DNA of 38,253 nt. Source: Promethearchaeia archaeon. GTDB lineage: Archaea > Asgardarchaeota > Lokiarchaeia > Sigyniarchaeales > SOKP01. This document shows, in pieces, positions 19,927 through 30,436 of the stretch (position 1 is its first letter; the number at the start of each line of letters is the position of its first letter). The stretch covers positions 1 to 38,253 of the forward strand of contig JAHQWL010000051.1 of assembly GCA_029856155.1 (NCBI GenBank), read 5' to 3'. The position numbers and the translations under genes were made by a program. The notes below the pieces were generated by a model. It was not told the origin of the DNA, did no database searches, and saw only the letters and a program-made list of their open reading frames with translations.

Positions 19927-20625
19927 TCATAAATTTTGCGCAATTCCATAATAGATTAAAAGTGCAAAAGGTATGACCGCTAAAGAAAGAAATGTCCAGA
20001 TTAATTTAAAAATTGGATTTTGCCATGTATTATATAATATAGCTCCATAAGAAATGAAAAACATTCCATAACTCCCAGCTCTAAAGTATCTTAGTTTCTT
20101 TTTTAACTCAATCTTCTCAAATTTATTATATAATTTCTTAAAATATATGGTACTTGGAATGATTATCATAACTGTGAATATTGTATAAATTACTAAAAGA
20201 AAATTCCAACTATAGATTGGAATCCAGTTCGTACTCTCATTAAAACTAAATCCTTCGGGAATGAAAAAAGGAATTGAGATTAATAATCCATAAACAAAAA
20301 TAATAAAGAAATCTACTTTAGAGTTGGTATCTATATCTAAATTTAGAAGGGTTCTAAGAAAAATAATAAGAAAAATCTGTCCAAATGATATTAAAAAAAA
20401 AGTTATAAAATATAAAATTGTACTTGTAGGATTATTCTTTATTGGTATAAGTATTAGATTGAAAAAAAGACCACTTGTACCTAATAAATAAAAAGTACTC
20501 AATATCGATGTGAGCCGATTTCTATTCCTTTTAAGAATTTTAAAGGTAATGGCAACGTATAAAATAATTGCGAATGATTGTATAACATAAACAACAAAAT
20601 ATCTTGTCCATTCAACGTCCGGCAT
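19927..20625 (-). CDS. Polytopic (about 7 TM) membrane protein of unknown function
   Basis: 232 aa with seven hydrophobic segments separated by basic loops; 100 nt downstream of the histidine kinase. Confidence 0.7.
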   Translation of the reverse strand: MPDVEWTRYFVVYVIQSFAIILYVAITFKILKRNRNRLTSILSTFYLLGTSGLFFNLILIPIKNNPTSTILYFITFFLISFGQIFLIIFLRTLLNLDIDTNSKVDFFIIFVYGLLISIPFFIPEGFSFNESTNWIPIYSWNFLLVIYTIFTVMIIIPSTIYFKKLYNKFEKIELKKKLRYFRAGSYGMFFISYGAILYNTWQNPIFKLIWTFLSLAVIPFALLIYYGIAQNL

Positions 20626-20725
20626 TTTTTCTAAATTCGAATAAGTAGATTATATTAAATTAAATACTTAGAGTCTTATTTAAGATTTGAGGGTGTAAAA
20701 AATAGATATAAATATAGAAGGTTTT

Positions 20726-23700
20726 TTAATTTTTTATGGGAATTGTAAAATAGAAAGTGCTTCCTTTATTTCTTCCCTCAGATTCAAGCCAAATTTTTCC
20801 CCCGTGTAATTCTATTAATTTTTTTGTTATATATAAACCAAGTCCTGTTCCTTCAATAGCGACATCCCAACCTTGACCATATCTCTCAATTTTTCCAAAT
20901 TGCATGAATGCTTGATCCCTTTCTTCGGGTGTAAATCCAATTCCATCATCCTTTACAGAAATTAAATATAAGCCCCCTTTAATAGCGGACTCAATAGTTA
21001 TTTTTCCACCGGGTGGTGTGTATTTAATAGCATTGACAAGCAAGTTGGAAAAAACTTCATAAATCCTTTCTTTATCAAATTGAGTTTCCAAGGTGTCATG
21101 TAATTTGAGGGTAATAGATTGATTTCGTAATTTTGTTAATCCTCTTAATTCCTTAACACAGAATCTAATTAAAAAACTTAGATTTTCGTTAGATAGACTT
21201 AGTTCTAATTGTTCCGCTTCTAATTTTGTACTTTCTAATAATAGATTAATAATTTTTTCAAGGCGTTTACTCCCTTCTTTAATTTCCTCTAAGATTGATA
21301 GAACTTCATTATCAAACTTAGGTTTATGGAACGTTAATAAAAGTTCTGTAAAACCTTTGATCGAGATAAGAGGGGTTTTTAATTCATGTGAAGTTCTTGA
21401 AAAAAGCTCTGATTTAAGATTATTAATTTTGTTTAATGTAATATTTTGTTCTTCTAAACCTCTTTGGACTTGCCAGCGTCTTTGTTCAATTTCAATTGCA
21501 TCGCATAATAAAAACATAACTAATTTATCTTGATTACTTATGACAGGATTTTGTTTATAAAAAACACAAACAGCGCTCTCTAAATCGTTATGTGATTTGA
21601 TTAATTTTCCGAAACATCCTTTTAAATTATATCTTGCAATAAAGGGATCCCTATTTGCAAAATCTATTTTATTTATATCATAAAATGTTTGAGGAAAATC
21701 ATGTGATTCGTAAAACAATTCACTAACAAACAATTTTTCAACAAAAAATTCAGTATCACACATAAACGATTTATTATCAGACGTAAGTATCTGAAATGTT
21801 TCTTTTCCTTCATGTTCAGTTTTGTTGATATATAAAACAAAATCACTATTAAGTAAATTTAAACACGTATTAAGTAATAATTGGATATTATTTCTAATAT
21901 CTGCTGTAAAATTCAGAAAATTTACATTTAATTCATATATTAAAGTCTCATATGATTTCTTTTCTGTTATATCCTCAAGCCATACCCTTATACTAATAAT
22001 TTGTCCATTTTCATTAAAGCGTGGTATTGTTTTACCAGATAACCATTTTAATTTCCCAAATTTATCGAATATTCTAAATTCTAATTCAGATTTCTCATTT
22101 GAATCTAAAAGTTTGCGTAAATCTTTAGGATGTATTAATTTATTTAAAAAATGGTTTTCAGTTAATTCATTTTCTTTATATCCGATAATTTCTATTAGTT
22201 TGGGATTCATATATTTAATTTGGTTCTTAATAAGATCAAGTTCGATTACTCCTACCGAAGAAGTTTCCAATATGTCACGATATCTTTTTTCACTTCTTTT
22301 TATAGTCTCTTCTGCTTCTTTCTGTGTGGTTACATTGTGTATAACTGCTAGAATATACTTTTGTCCTTTCATGTTAATCAGAGTGGATCTAACTTGTACC
22401 CAATTAATCTGATTATCCTTATGTTTGATCGGAAATTCCATAGTTCCTAATTTATTATCCTCTAATAAATCCTTATATCCCTCTAGTAATTTTTCTAACC
22501 CATTTTCAGGATATATATTTAAATTTATGAAATTTTTACCAATAAATTCTGTTGGAGAATATCCCGCAATAGATTTTATAGCAGAATTACATTCTATTAT
22601 ATTTCCTTTTAAATCGGTAAGTATAACTCCATCTGGAGATGTTTCAAATAATTCATGATACTTGGCTTCAGATTCTTTCAATTCTTGTTCTGCTTTCTTT
22701 TTTTCATCTATAACTTGAATAATTGCTTGGATTACTTTCTCATTTTCGTAATCAAACAATGATGCTTGAATATTAACCCATAATAAAGCTCCTTCTTTGG
22801 TGTGGAGTTGAATTTCTCTTGGTTTCATAACTATTCCCTTGACTAAAGCTCTGAGGTCTTCTAAAACAATAGGGAGAGCGCTTCTTGGTATAGCATTAAG
22901 ATTCCGAAGATTCTTTCCAATTAAATCATCTCTATTGAATCCAGATAATTCTTCTGAAATTAGATTACAATCTAATATTTCTCCATTCAAATTAAATAAG
23001 AGAATTGCGTTTGGAGAATTTTCATATAAATGACGATATTTTTGTTCTGATGATTGTACTTTTTGTTCTGCATTCATTTTGGCGCTGATATCTATCTGAG
23101 TTAATAAATCTGCTGTTTTTCCTTGAAATGTTATTGGATTAGAGTAATTTTCCACATATCGGATCTCCCCATTTTTTTTAATTATTTTCGCAATATAATG
23201 TGTAATTACATCTTTTGAACCTTGTTGTTTTTTAGTTATTTGATTTATTACCATTTCCGTAAAATCTGGATGTATAACTTTTATAAATTCTTTAGGTTTC
23301 CATTGCTTAATTTCATCAATAGGATAACCATAAATTTCTGCCATTTGTTGATTAAAATATTTAATTTCAAAATCTTGTATGATGCAGATTCCCATTAATG
23401 ATTGTTCAGCAATTGTTCTAAATTTATCTTCGGATTCCTTTAAATCTTGTTCTGCTATTATAAGATTATTAATGTCTGTTATGGTACCCCTTATTCCAAT
23501 AATTATTTTATTAATATAAACAGGTTTTGAATGAATTAAAGCAAAGAATTTCCTCCCATCTTTTTTAACTAATAAATATTCTTGTGGTGTTGTTTCTTTA
23601 TTTTCAAGTAGTAATTTAATATTTTTCATTGCCTTTTCTTTATATTTAGGATCAATAAACTGGGTTATATTCAAACCTGATCTTACATCTTCTTCATTAT

Positions 23701-25054
23701 ACCCAAATATATTATAAGCAATCGAATTTACATAAGTTAGATTTAAATTTAAATCTGTTTCGAATAATATGTCAGGTAATAATTCGGCAATATCTCTGTA
23801 TTTTTTTTCTGATTCTTCTAACCCTCTTTGTAAATTATATTTTTCTGTAATCTCAATAATAGTACCCTCAGCAGCAATAGGTATTCCTTTATCATCATTA
23901 ATTAAGTGAGAATTAATTTGTAATATAATCGTTTTACCATTAATTTTCTTAGCTAAAGCAACATAGTTTTTTACATATCCAGTTTTCATTAAATTTATAA
24001 GATATTTTTCTCGATCCTCCTGATTTTTCCAAAAATTAAGTGTTTTTTCACCGATTCGTCTTTCTAATGGAGAAATTCCAAAAATCTCGTTGCATTTTCG
24101 ATTGTGAATCAAAATAGTACCATCTAAACTTACACGAAAGAAGCCAACATCTAAATTATCAATCATTTCTCGATAACGTTCTTCAGATTCTTCTAATTTT
24201 TGTTCAGTTGACTTCAATTCAGTTACATCAATATTAACACCAATTATAAATTGAATTTCATCGTTTATATAAACAGGGCTTACAATATTATATAAATGAT
24301 GATAATTACCATTTATTTTAAATTTCACTTCACCAGTAACCATTTCTCCAGAAAAAGCTCTTGAATTATTATCTTTCCAGATTGCGAGAGTCTCTTGATC
24401 ATTTGCTACTTCTTCTGGACGTTTGCCAATAATATCTCCCCAAAACTCCTTACTAGTCGAATTTTGCATAGCATAATAGCCATCTTTATTAATCATAAAA
24501 ATATCAAAAGGTAAACATTCTATTGCTGTGTTAAGCAGAGCTTCACTCTCTTTTAGTGCTTGCTCATATTTTTTAGGTCTAAATATTTCCCAAAATCTGA
24601 TTTCTGGAACTGTTTTTGAAATTTTTTCTAAATGATTCTTTATTTCTTGTAAATTTTTCTCTAATTCTTTCCTTTTTGAAATGTCTCTTAATTTAACAAT
24701 TAATTTTTGTTGGTTTTTCTCATCATTAAACAATGTAGAAATAAACTCCACCCATGTAAGCTCTCCATTCTTTTTAATTACTTTAACATCTTGTATATTT
24801 TTATTCTGATGGATTATTTCTAATAATTCTGTTTTTGGAGATTTATTTCCAAAATCAACTAGATTTAAGAGAGATTTGCCTAACAATGTACACTCTGAAT
24901 ATCCCAATTGTTCCAGAAATTTACATTCATGAATATATTCGATTTTAAAAGAATTATCTAGTGAAACAATAATAAATAAATCCTCTATTGTTTCCAAAAT
25001 AAATGGAAAGATATTCTCAAAATTAATATATTTATTTTTTTTATCAGAAATCAT
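20726..25054 (-). CDS. Cytoplasmic multi-PAS (about 8) + GAF-like + HisKA + HATPase histidine kinase
   Basis: Repeated 'ESE.KYR/FR...GY...DITE' PAS units; H-box SHELKTPL; N-box NLLVNAIKY; DDGIG and GTGLGL boxes; no TM segment. Confidence 0.92.
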   Translation of the reverse strand: MISDKKNKYINFENIFPFILETIEDLFIIVSLDNSFKIEYIHECKFLEQLGYSECTLLGKSLLNLVDFGNKSPKTELLEIIHQNKNIQDVKVIKKNGELTWVEFISTLFNDEKNQQKLIVKLRDISKRKELEKNLQEIKNHLEKISKTVPEIRFWEIFRPKKYEQALKESEALLNTAIECLPFDIFMINKDGYYAMQNSTSKEFWGDIIGKRPEEVANDQETLAIWKDNNSRAFSGEMVTGEVKFKINGNYHHLYNIVSPVYINDEIQFIIGVNIDVTELKSTEQKLEESEERYREMIDNLDVGFFRVSLDGTILIHNRKCNEIFGISPLERRIGEKTLNFWKNQEDREKYLINLMKTGYVKNYVALAKKINGKTIILQINSHLINDDKGIPIAAEGTIIEITEKYNLQRGLEESEKKYRDIAELLPDILFETDLNLNLTYVNSIAYNIFGYNEEDVRSGLNITQFIDPKYKEKAMKNIKLLLENKETTPQEYLLVKKDGRKFFALIHSKPVYINKIIIGIRGTITDINNLIIAEQDLKESEDKFRTIAEQSLMGICIIQDFEIKYFNQQMAEIYGYPIDEIKQWKPKEFIKVIHPDFTEMVINQITKKQQGSKDVITHYIAKIIKKNGEIRYVENYSNPITFQGKTADLLTQIDISAKMNAEQKVQSSEQKYRHLYENSPNAILLFNLNGEILDCNLISEELSGFNRDDLIGKNLRNLNAIPRSALPIVLEDLRALVKGIVMKPREIQLHTKEGALLWVNIQASLFDYENEKVIQAIIQVIDEKKKAEQELKESEAKYHELFETSPDGVILTDLKGNIIECNSAIKSIAGYSPTEFIGKNFINLNIYPENGLEKLLEGYKDLLEDNKLGTMEFPIKHKDNQINWVQVRSTLINMKGQKYILAVIHNVTTQKEAEETIKRSEKRYRDILETSSVGVIELDLIKNQIKYMNPKLIEIIGYKENELTENHFLNKLIHPKDLRKLLDSNEKSELEFRIFDKFGKLKWLSGKTIPRFNENGQIISIRVWLEDITEKKSYETLIYELNVNFLNFTADIRNNIQLLLNTCLNLLNSDFVLYINKTEHEGKETFQILTSDNKSFMCDTEFFVEKLFVSELFYESHDFPQTFYDINKIDFANRDPFIARYNLKGCFGKLIKSHNDLESAVCVFYKQNPVISNQDKLVMFLLCDAIEIEQRRWQVQRGLEEQNITLNKINNLKSELFSRTSHELKTPLISIKGFTELLLTFHKPKFDNEVLSILEEIKEGSKRLEKIINLLLESTKLEAEQLELSLSNENLSFLIRFCVKELRGLTKLRNQSITLKLHDTLETQFDKERIYEVFSNLLVNAIKYTPPGGKITIESAIKGGLYLISVKDDGIGFTPEERDQAFMQFGKIERYGQGWDVAIEGTGLGLYITKKLIELHGGKIWLESEGRNKGSTFYFTIPIKN

Positions 25055-25209
25055 ATAAATAACACCAATATCCTAGGAAATTTTGATAATTATTTATTAA
25101 AATTATCTACTGGTATCCATAGATTCTTAGTAAAAGAGGTTTTATTTATATCTTAGTTTATATTAACATTTTCGTAATAGTTATATACACAAAAAGATTG
25201 TAAATTACT

Positions 25210-26238
25210 TTATAAAAGATAATGCTTCAAAATCTTATCATTTTCTATTTTAATGGTCATTTCTTCTGTTAATTTGTTATAATCAGTTCCATAGATTACT
25301 TGACCTTTTAGTTGTTTAAAATCAGAATACCGTAATGTCAATGTTGCAGCATATTTTAATGAATTCTTACTATAATCTTCTTGTACAATTGTAATTGGTC
25401 CGGGAACTCCTTTAGCTTCAAATATAAAATCATTAGGTTTTTTGAGAGTAAGTAGTTTATTGTTTTCGGATTCATTTCTTCCTACTATAATTTTTGTATT
25501 TTTATATCGGAAATGGCGTCCTACTTTTAAAATATTTATATCTTCAATTTTTGGATTCTTATGAAATTTGAGATAATCCTTCATACGATTTGCAAAATTC
25601 TCATCTGTTAGCAGACATCCTCCACAAGCATAATAATTATCTAGTAGACCATGGGTTCTAGCAAGATCCATTTGGATTTTTCTACCCCTTCCTTTTATTC
25701 CTAGTAATTGCTTTCGATCAATTAATCCCCGCTCTTCATAAATAGTGGGTTTTAGTTGGAGGGCAGATAAGGGTCTCAAAAGTCTACCTTCCAGACCTGT
25801 TTCTTTCTCAACAATCATTAACGCTCTCATATGTTGGGATTTTGGTCTCTGATTTAAAACTTCTCCAGTAAATATTAAATCTGCTCCTATTTCTTTCATA
25901 AGTTCTTTTGCTTTCTTTAATATATATATCCTACAATCAATACAAGGATTTAGATGTTTTCCATACCCAAATTTAGGATTCTGGATTATTTCTAAAAAAT
26001 CGTCTTTCAATGGTAAATAATGTAATTCAATTCCAAGCTTTTCTTGAAATAAATCTAAGTTACAATCAGGTTGACTAGTCTTCTTATCGTATTGACAAAA
26101 AGGAGATGTAAAGTTTAAACCAATTACTTTTGTCCCTTGTAATTGTAATAAAAGACATGCAGTTAAGCTATCTAGTCCTCCAGAAACTAATCCGAGCCCA
26201 ATTATTTGATCTTTTTTTTCACTTTTCTCATCTTTCAT
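25210..26238 (-). CDS. PP-loop tRNA sulfurtransferase-like protein (ThiI/MnmA-like) with C-terminal DUF814/NFACT-R-like domain
   Basis: SGGLDS PP-loop, NPCIDCR, TGEVLNQRPKSQ, GGCLLT, GRHFR and VGRNESEN. ATG 26238 preferred. Confidence 0.8.
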   Translation of the reverse strand: MKDEKSEKKDQIIGLGLVSGGLDSLTACLLLQLQGTKVIGLNFTSPFCQYDKKTSQPDCNLDLFQEKLGIELHYLPLKDDFLEIIQNPKFGYGKHLNPCIDCRIYILKKAKELMKEIGADLIFTGEVLNQRPKSQHMRALMIVEKETGLEGRLLRPLSALQLKPTIYEERGLIDRKQLLGIKGRGRKIQMDLARTHGLLDNYYACGGCLLTDENFANRMKDYLKFHKNPKIEDINILKVGRHFRYKNTKIIVGRNESENNKLLTLKKPNDFIFEAKGVPGPITIVQEDYSKNSLKYAATLTLRYSDFKQLKGQVIYGTDYNKLTEEMTIKIENDKILKHYLL

Positions 26239-26484
26239 AGTAACAAACAAAGAAGAATCTAACCAAGAATTATTAAAATTCTATATAATATATTTTTTTC
26301 TTTAATTTATTATAATCCTCGTGGTTGAATCAAGGTATTCAATATTATTCTTCAATCATAGCCCAATTAATTAGGATCGTGCTTGATAATATCATATTTT
26401 ATGAAAATTTTAAAGCCAAAACGTTTATAGATCGGGGTTTTTTTTCATTATTGTAAGTACATAATTTAATGATTACACTACTTG

Positions 26485-26520
26485 GAATGAACGGTATATG
26501 TTCATTCAGAAATTCTGAAT
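26485..26520. promoter_or_regulatory. Two overlapping inverted repeats in a divergent promoter region
   Basis: GAATGAAC-N7-GTTCATTC at 26485-26507 and ATTCAGAA-A-TTCTGAAT at 26504-26520. Confidence 0.4.
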
Positions 26521-26611
26521 TAATATTTTATTCTGAATATTTATATTTATTTCTAAGCTTGCATTTATATAATAGCAGAATAACAACAATATTTTTCATA
26601 GGTAAATTTCC

Positions 26612-27628
26612 TTGTCAAAAATATTAATAACAGGCGCAAATGGGTTTATCGGGGCGAATATTATACGTGCTGCCTTAGCAAAAGATTATGAAGTTAAGGC
26701 TTTTGTACGGCAAACTTCTAATCTTCAAACAATTCAAGATTTACCTATTGAGTTTGCGTATGGAGATTTAAGAGAAATTGATACAATCCATAAAGCATTA
26801 GATGACTGTAATTATATTATACATAATGGTGCGATATATCTATTCTTAGCAAAGTGGTTTTGGGCAGATCCTAAAAAGATTAAAGCTATGTACGATGTAA
26901 ACGTTAGAGCTACTGATAAATTATTGGAGTTAGCAAAGGATATTGGTATAAAAAAAGTAGTTTACACTAGTTCTGAAAGTGCAATTGGGATGCCGTCAGA
27001 AGGTTCGGTTGGTGATGAAAAATTATTTGCAACAAAAGAAGAATTACCAGGACACTATAAGAGATCTAAGTATTTGGGGGAATTAGTGGCTTTAAAATGG
27101 AATAAAAAAGGTTTACCACTGTGTACAATATTACCTACAACTCCCATGGGACCTTATGATATCAAACCAACACCTACTGGAAGGATTGTGATGGATTTCA
27201 TGAATGGAAAGATGCCAGGATTTGCTGATACTACCTTGAATGTTGTGCACGTTAAGGATGTTGCTATGGCTCATGTTTTGGCTATAGAAAATGGAAGACC
27301 AGGGGAAAGATATATTGCAGGGAATAAAAACTTAACATTCAGAGATCTTTTACGGTTAATAGCAGATGTTGCGGGTATGAAAGCACCTAATTTTGCGGTT
27401 CCCATGGTATTAGCAAAAGCTTTTGCATTTTTCGATGAATTTATATCATGTAAGATAAAACATACAAACCCAAAAACACCTATAGAAAGTGTTGCTTCTG
27501 CTATGTATAGAGCTTTTAATTGTACTAAAGCTTGGACTGAATTAAAAATGCCAAAAACAAATATACGTCTTGCTATTAGAGATCAAATTAATTGGTTCTA
27601 TGAGAATGGTTATACAAAAAGAAAATGA
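26612..27628 (+). CDS. Extended SDR NAD-dependent epimerase/dehydratase (HpnA/dihydroflavonol reductase-like)
   Basis: TGANGFIG, YTSS, YKRSK catalytic motif, GPYDIKPTPTG and GERYI; TTG start. Confidence 0.82.
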   Translation: MSKILITGANGFIGANIIRAALAKDYEVKAFVRQTSNLQTIQDLPIEFAYGDLREIDTIHKALDDCNYIIHNGAIYLFLAKWFWADPKKIKAMYDVNVRATDKLLELAKDIGIKKVVYTSSESAIGMPSEGSVGDEKLFATKEELPGHYKRSKYLGELVALKWNKKGLPLCTILPTTPMGPYDIKPTPTGRIVMDFMNGKMPGFADTTLNVVHVKDVAMAHVLAIENGRPGERYIAGNKNLTFRDLLRLIADVAGMKAPNFAVPMVLAKAFAFFDEFISCKIKHTNPKTPIESVASAMYRAFNCTKAWTELKMPKTNIRLAIRDQINWFYENGYTKRK

Positions 27629-27631
27629 AAA

Positions 27632-28855
27632 CTAATAAATAGCTTGCTTGACTAATTCTAAAAGTTCAATAACTTTAATTTTGGAATTTATTTCTTTTGC
27701 TGCATCTAAAAGATTACTTAGGCAAAATGGACAAGTAGTAGTTAATATATCTGCACCTGTTTCTTCAGCTTCTCTAACTCTATCAATAGCTATCTCAATA
27801 GCTAAATCTGGAAATCCTGATTTTAGACCGCCCCCTGCTCCGCAGCAATATGAATAGTTACGATTACGTCTCATCTCAATAAATTCATCTTGTTTTATAG
27901 CATTTATTACATTTCTCGGAGCATCATAAATACCAGAATGTCTACCTAAATGGCAAGGGTCATGATAGGTAATTTTTCCTTCAACTTTATTTGATATTTT
28001 AATTTTACCCTGATTAATCAATTGGTCAACTAATTCAATTGCATGAAGAACCTGAAAATCCCAATCCTTGACATATTTTGGATAATCATATTTGAGCGTT
28101 TTATAGCAACCAGCACAAGTAACTACTATTTTCTCTATACCTGCTTTTTTAAAGACATCCTTATTGTGCTCAACTAATGCTTTAAAAAGGTTTTCTGCTC
28201 CTGATCGTAAATTGATAGAACCACAACACCACTCATCTGCAGTTATGGATAATTGAATGCCTGCTTTGTTTGCAATTTCTATAAATGATTTTGATATTTC
28301 ATTTAATCGATAAGCGGAAGTACATCCTACAAAGAATAATGCATCTCCACCCTTAGGCAGAAACTCAAAATCTTTGGGGATCCAATTTAGTCGATCATAA
28401 TGATTTTCAAAATAGGGATTATGTTCTTTTACTTCATGAGCGAAAATCTCTTTATGTCTAACTAAAGGAGCCACTCCAATATCTACTAAATCTGCCCTTA
28501 ATGCTTCCCAAATTTCTACATGATCGTCGATACTTTCTCTTGCTGGATTGCTCATGCAAGGATTCTCTGGATTATTACAGACTTCCCTACATGCTCCACA
28601 TAGAGTACATTGATAAATAACCTCTGCAAGCCCTTCACTTGGTTCTATTTTTCCATCAAGTAATGCCCTGGCTATGGTAAATCTCCCCCTCGCGAAAAAA
28701 GCCTCAAAACCAGGACCATGATCCCTCATAGGACATGTGATTTCAAGTAAAGGATTGCTATATGGTCCTTTTAAAGCTCCTCTGCAATCACCAATTGCTA
28801 CACATGAGAGTATTCTTTCTTTTAATTCCTCAAGTCTCTTTAATTTTTCAGTCAT
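27632..28855 (-). CDS. Fe-S oxidoreductase with two CCG domains (GlcF/HdrD-like)
   Basis: CTLCGACREVC, FFVGC, WCCG, CAGC, YHDPCHLGR, CCGAGGG and CPFC; AAGGAG SD. Confidence 0.88.
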   Translation of the reverse strand: MTEKLKRLEELKERILSCVAIGDCRGALKGPYSNPLLEITCPMRDHGPGFEAFFARGRFTIARALLDGKIEPSEGLAEVIYQCTLCGACREVCNNPENPCMSNPARESIDDHVEIWEALRADLVDIGVAPLVRHKEIFAHEVKEHNPYFENHYDRLNWIPKDFEFLPKGGDALFFVGCTSAYRLNEISKSFIEIANKAGIQLSITADEWCCGSINLRSGAENLFKALVEHNKDVFKKAGIEKIVVTCAGCYKTLKYDYPKYVKDWDFQVLHAIELVDQLINQGKIKISNKVEGKITYHDPCHLGRHSGIYDAPRNVINAIKQDEFIEMRRNRNYSYCCGAGGGLKSGFPDLAIEIAIDRVREAEETGADILTTTCPFCLSNLLDAAKEINSKIKVIELLELVKQAIY

Positions 28856-28924
28856 TTTTTATTGCTCCTTCTCTCTTCTAAGTTTAATTATTAAATAAAA
28901 TGATTTATTATCGGTTTTAATTAG

Positions 28925-30400
28925 CTAAAATCTAAATTTTCCAGAGCTAATTATATTATTTGGATCAACTAAATTTTTTACTTTCTTTAAGAAATTATAA
29001 AACCTATCATCATATATTCTTGAATCGACTAAAACTTGTGAACCAATTTGCCCACACATGTAAATTACTCCACCAGCTTTCAGTAAAAGCTCAAATTGTT
29101 CTTTCCATAAACGAATAACCTCTTCCTTCAAATCCTCATCGGTTGTGGCAGTTAATCCACTTCCAATATAACAGCTATTATGATTTAACATGACAATATG
29201 ACTTGTTCCAGCCTCAGCTTCTGCATCCAAGAGTTCTTCATATTTTTCTTCTTCCCATTTATCTAATTTGTATAATATTTCTGGAAAACGTGATACTGGT
29301 ACGATTACTTCTGTAGTACATGCAAAATAATTTGGACCACATATAGAAAATAAAGGATGATATACTTGCCAATGACCTTGCTCACCATAATACCAATCTG
29401 TAATGTTTCCCTCATTAGCACTCGGACCTAATTCTCTTGTTGAATATTTCTCTGCAATACTCGCTAGGATTTCTGAATTCCTCTCTAAAACTTTTTCATC
29501 AAAAGCTTCAGTCACATAGAAAATTACTCCTCCTTTTATTTCTCCCCATGTCTCAATTAATTTATCAGTTGTAATTCCCATCACTGCTGGGGGTGGTGTA
29601 AAAAAGAAATCATAAATTCCTAATTCTCGAGACCAACCTTTTTTTTTCATTTCTAGTACAATTTTCTGTGCATTTTCATAAGTTTGTTCCTTGATATAAA
29701 ATGTTTTACCTGAAAAATATGGTGGTTTTGGATATATTTTCATTGTTGCCATTGTTTTTATCCCCATTATACCATTGTCTCCAAGAAATATACCCATTAA
29801 ATCTGGTCCTAATGCAAGTCGAACAAACGGTTTCTCGACATATCGATTCTCTTGAGAACCAAGTCTTATTACTTCACCCGTGCCTAATACAACTTCTAAT
29901 CCAATACAATTTTCACTACATTTTCCATACTTTGCACATCCACCTCCACCCCCAGAATGATGAGACAAACCTCCTCCAATCGAAGCATTAAGACCAGAAC
30001 CAGGACCCATATTCCCCGTATAAAAACCTTTATCAAAAAGAACTGCATTTAGCCTGGACCAATTAATTCCACATTGTACAGTAACAGTATGATTTTCTTC
30101 ATCAATATCTATTATTTTATCCATTCTGGTTAAATCAATAAGTAAAGTGTCTTTACTAATGGGTTTACTCCCTCCCATTAAACCACACCCACCTCCTCGA
30201 GGGAGAATAGGAGTATTATATTTATTTGCAACTTTAATAATTTCTGCTACCTGCTCAGTTGATTCGGGACGAATTGCTATTTGAGGTATAATTTCAGGCA
30301 AGCAAGGATCTAATCCTCTTGAATATGCTACACAGATAAAATCCTTATCAGAACAGTATTTATTTCCTACAATCTTTACTAATTCATCATATAACCCCAT
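28925..30400 (-). CDS. FAD-binding oxidoreductase (GlcD/VAO-PCMH superfamily)
   Basis: PRGGGCGLMGG, ASIGG, GLEVVLGTGE, GPDLMGIFLGDNGIMGI and C-terminal DPNNIISSGK. ATG 30400 preferred. Confidence 0.85.
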   Translation of the reverse strand: MGLYDELVKIVGNKYCSDKDFICVAYSRGLDPCLPEIIPQIAIRPESTEQVAEIIKVANKYNTPILPRGGGCGLMGGSKPISKDTLLIDLTRMDKIIDIDEENHTVTVQCGINWSRLNAVLFDKGFYTGNMGPGSGLNASIGGGLSHHSGGGGGCAKYGKCSENCIGLEVVLGTGEVIRLGSQENRYVEKPFVRLALGPDLMGIFLGDNGIMGIKTMATMKIYPKPPYFSGKTFYIKEQTYENAQKIVLEMKKKGWSRELGIYDFFFTPPPAVMGITTDKLIETWGEIKGGVIFYVTEAFDEKVLERNSEILASIAEKYSTRELGPSANEGNITDWYYGEQGHWQVYHPLFSICGPNYFACTTEVIVPVSRFPEILYKLDKWEEEKYEELLDAEAEAGTSHIVMLNHNSCYIGSGLTATTDEDLKEEVIRLWKEQFELLLKAGGVIYMCGQIGSQVLVDSRIYDDRFYNFLKKVKNLVDPNNIISSGKFRF

Positions 30401-30436
30401 AATTTTACACAATTAAGGCATAATTTTTATATTTTT

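Noticed and set aside
21822-23033. Plus-strand ORFs inside the histidine kinase, and the other short overlapping track ORFs
   Set aside because: Antisense or alternate-frame shadows of well-supported genes, with no recognisable motifs.
26612-27628. Hopanoid or sterol biosynthesis implied by the HpnA-like gene
   Set aside because: Extended SDRs are widespread, and no squalene synthase or cyclase genes are in the window.
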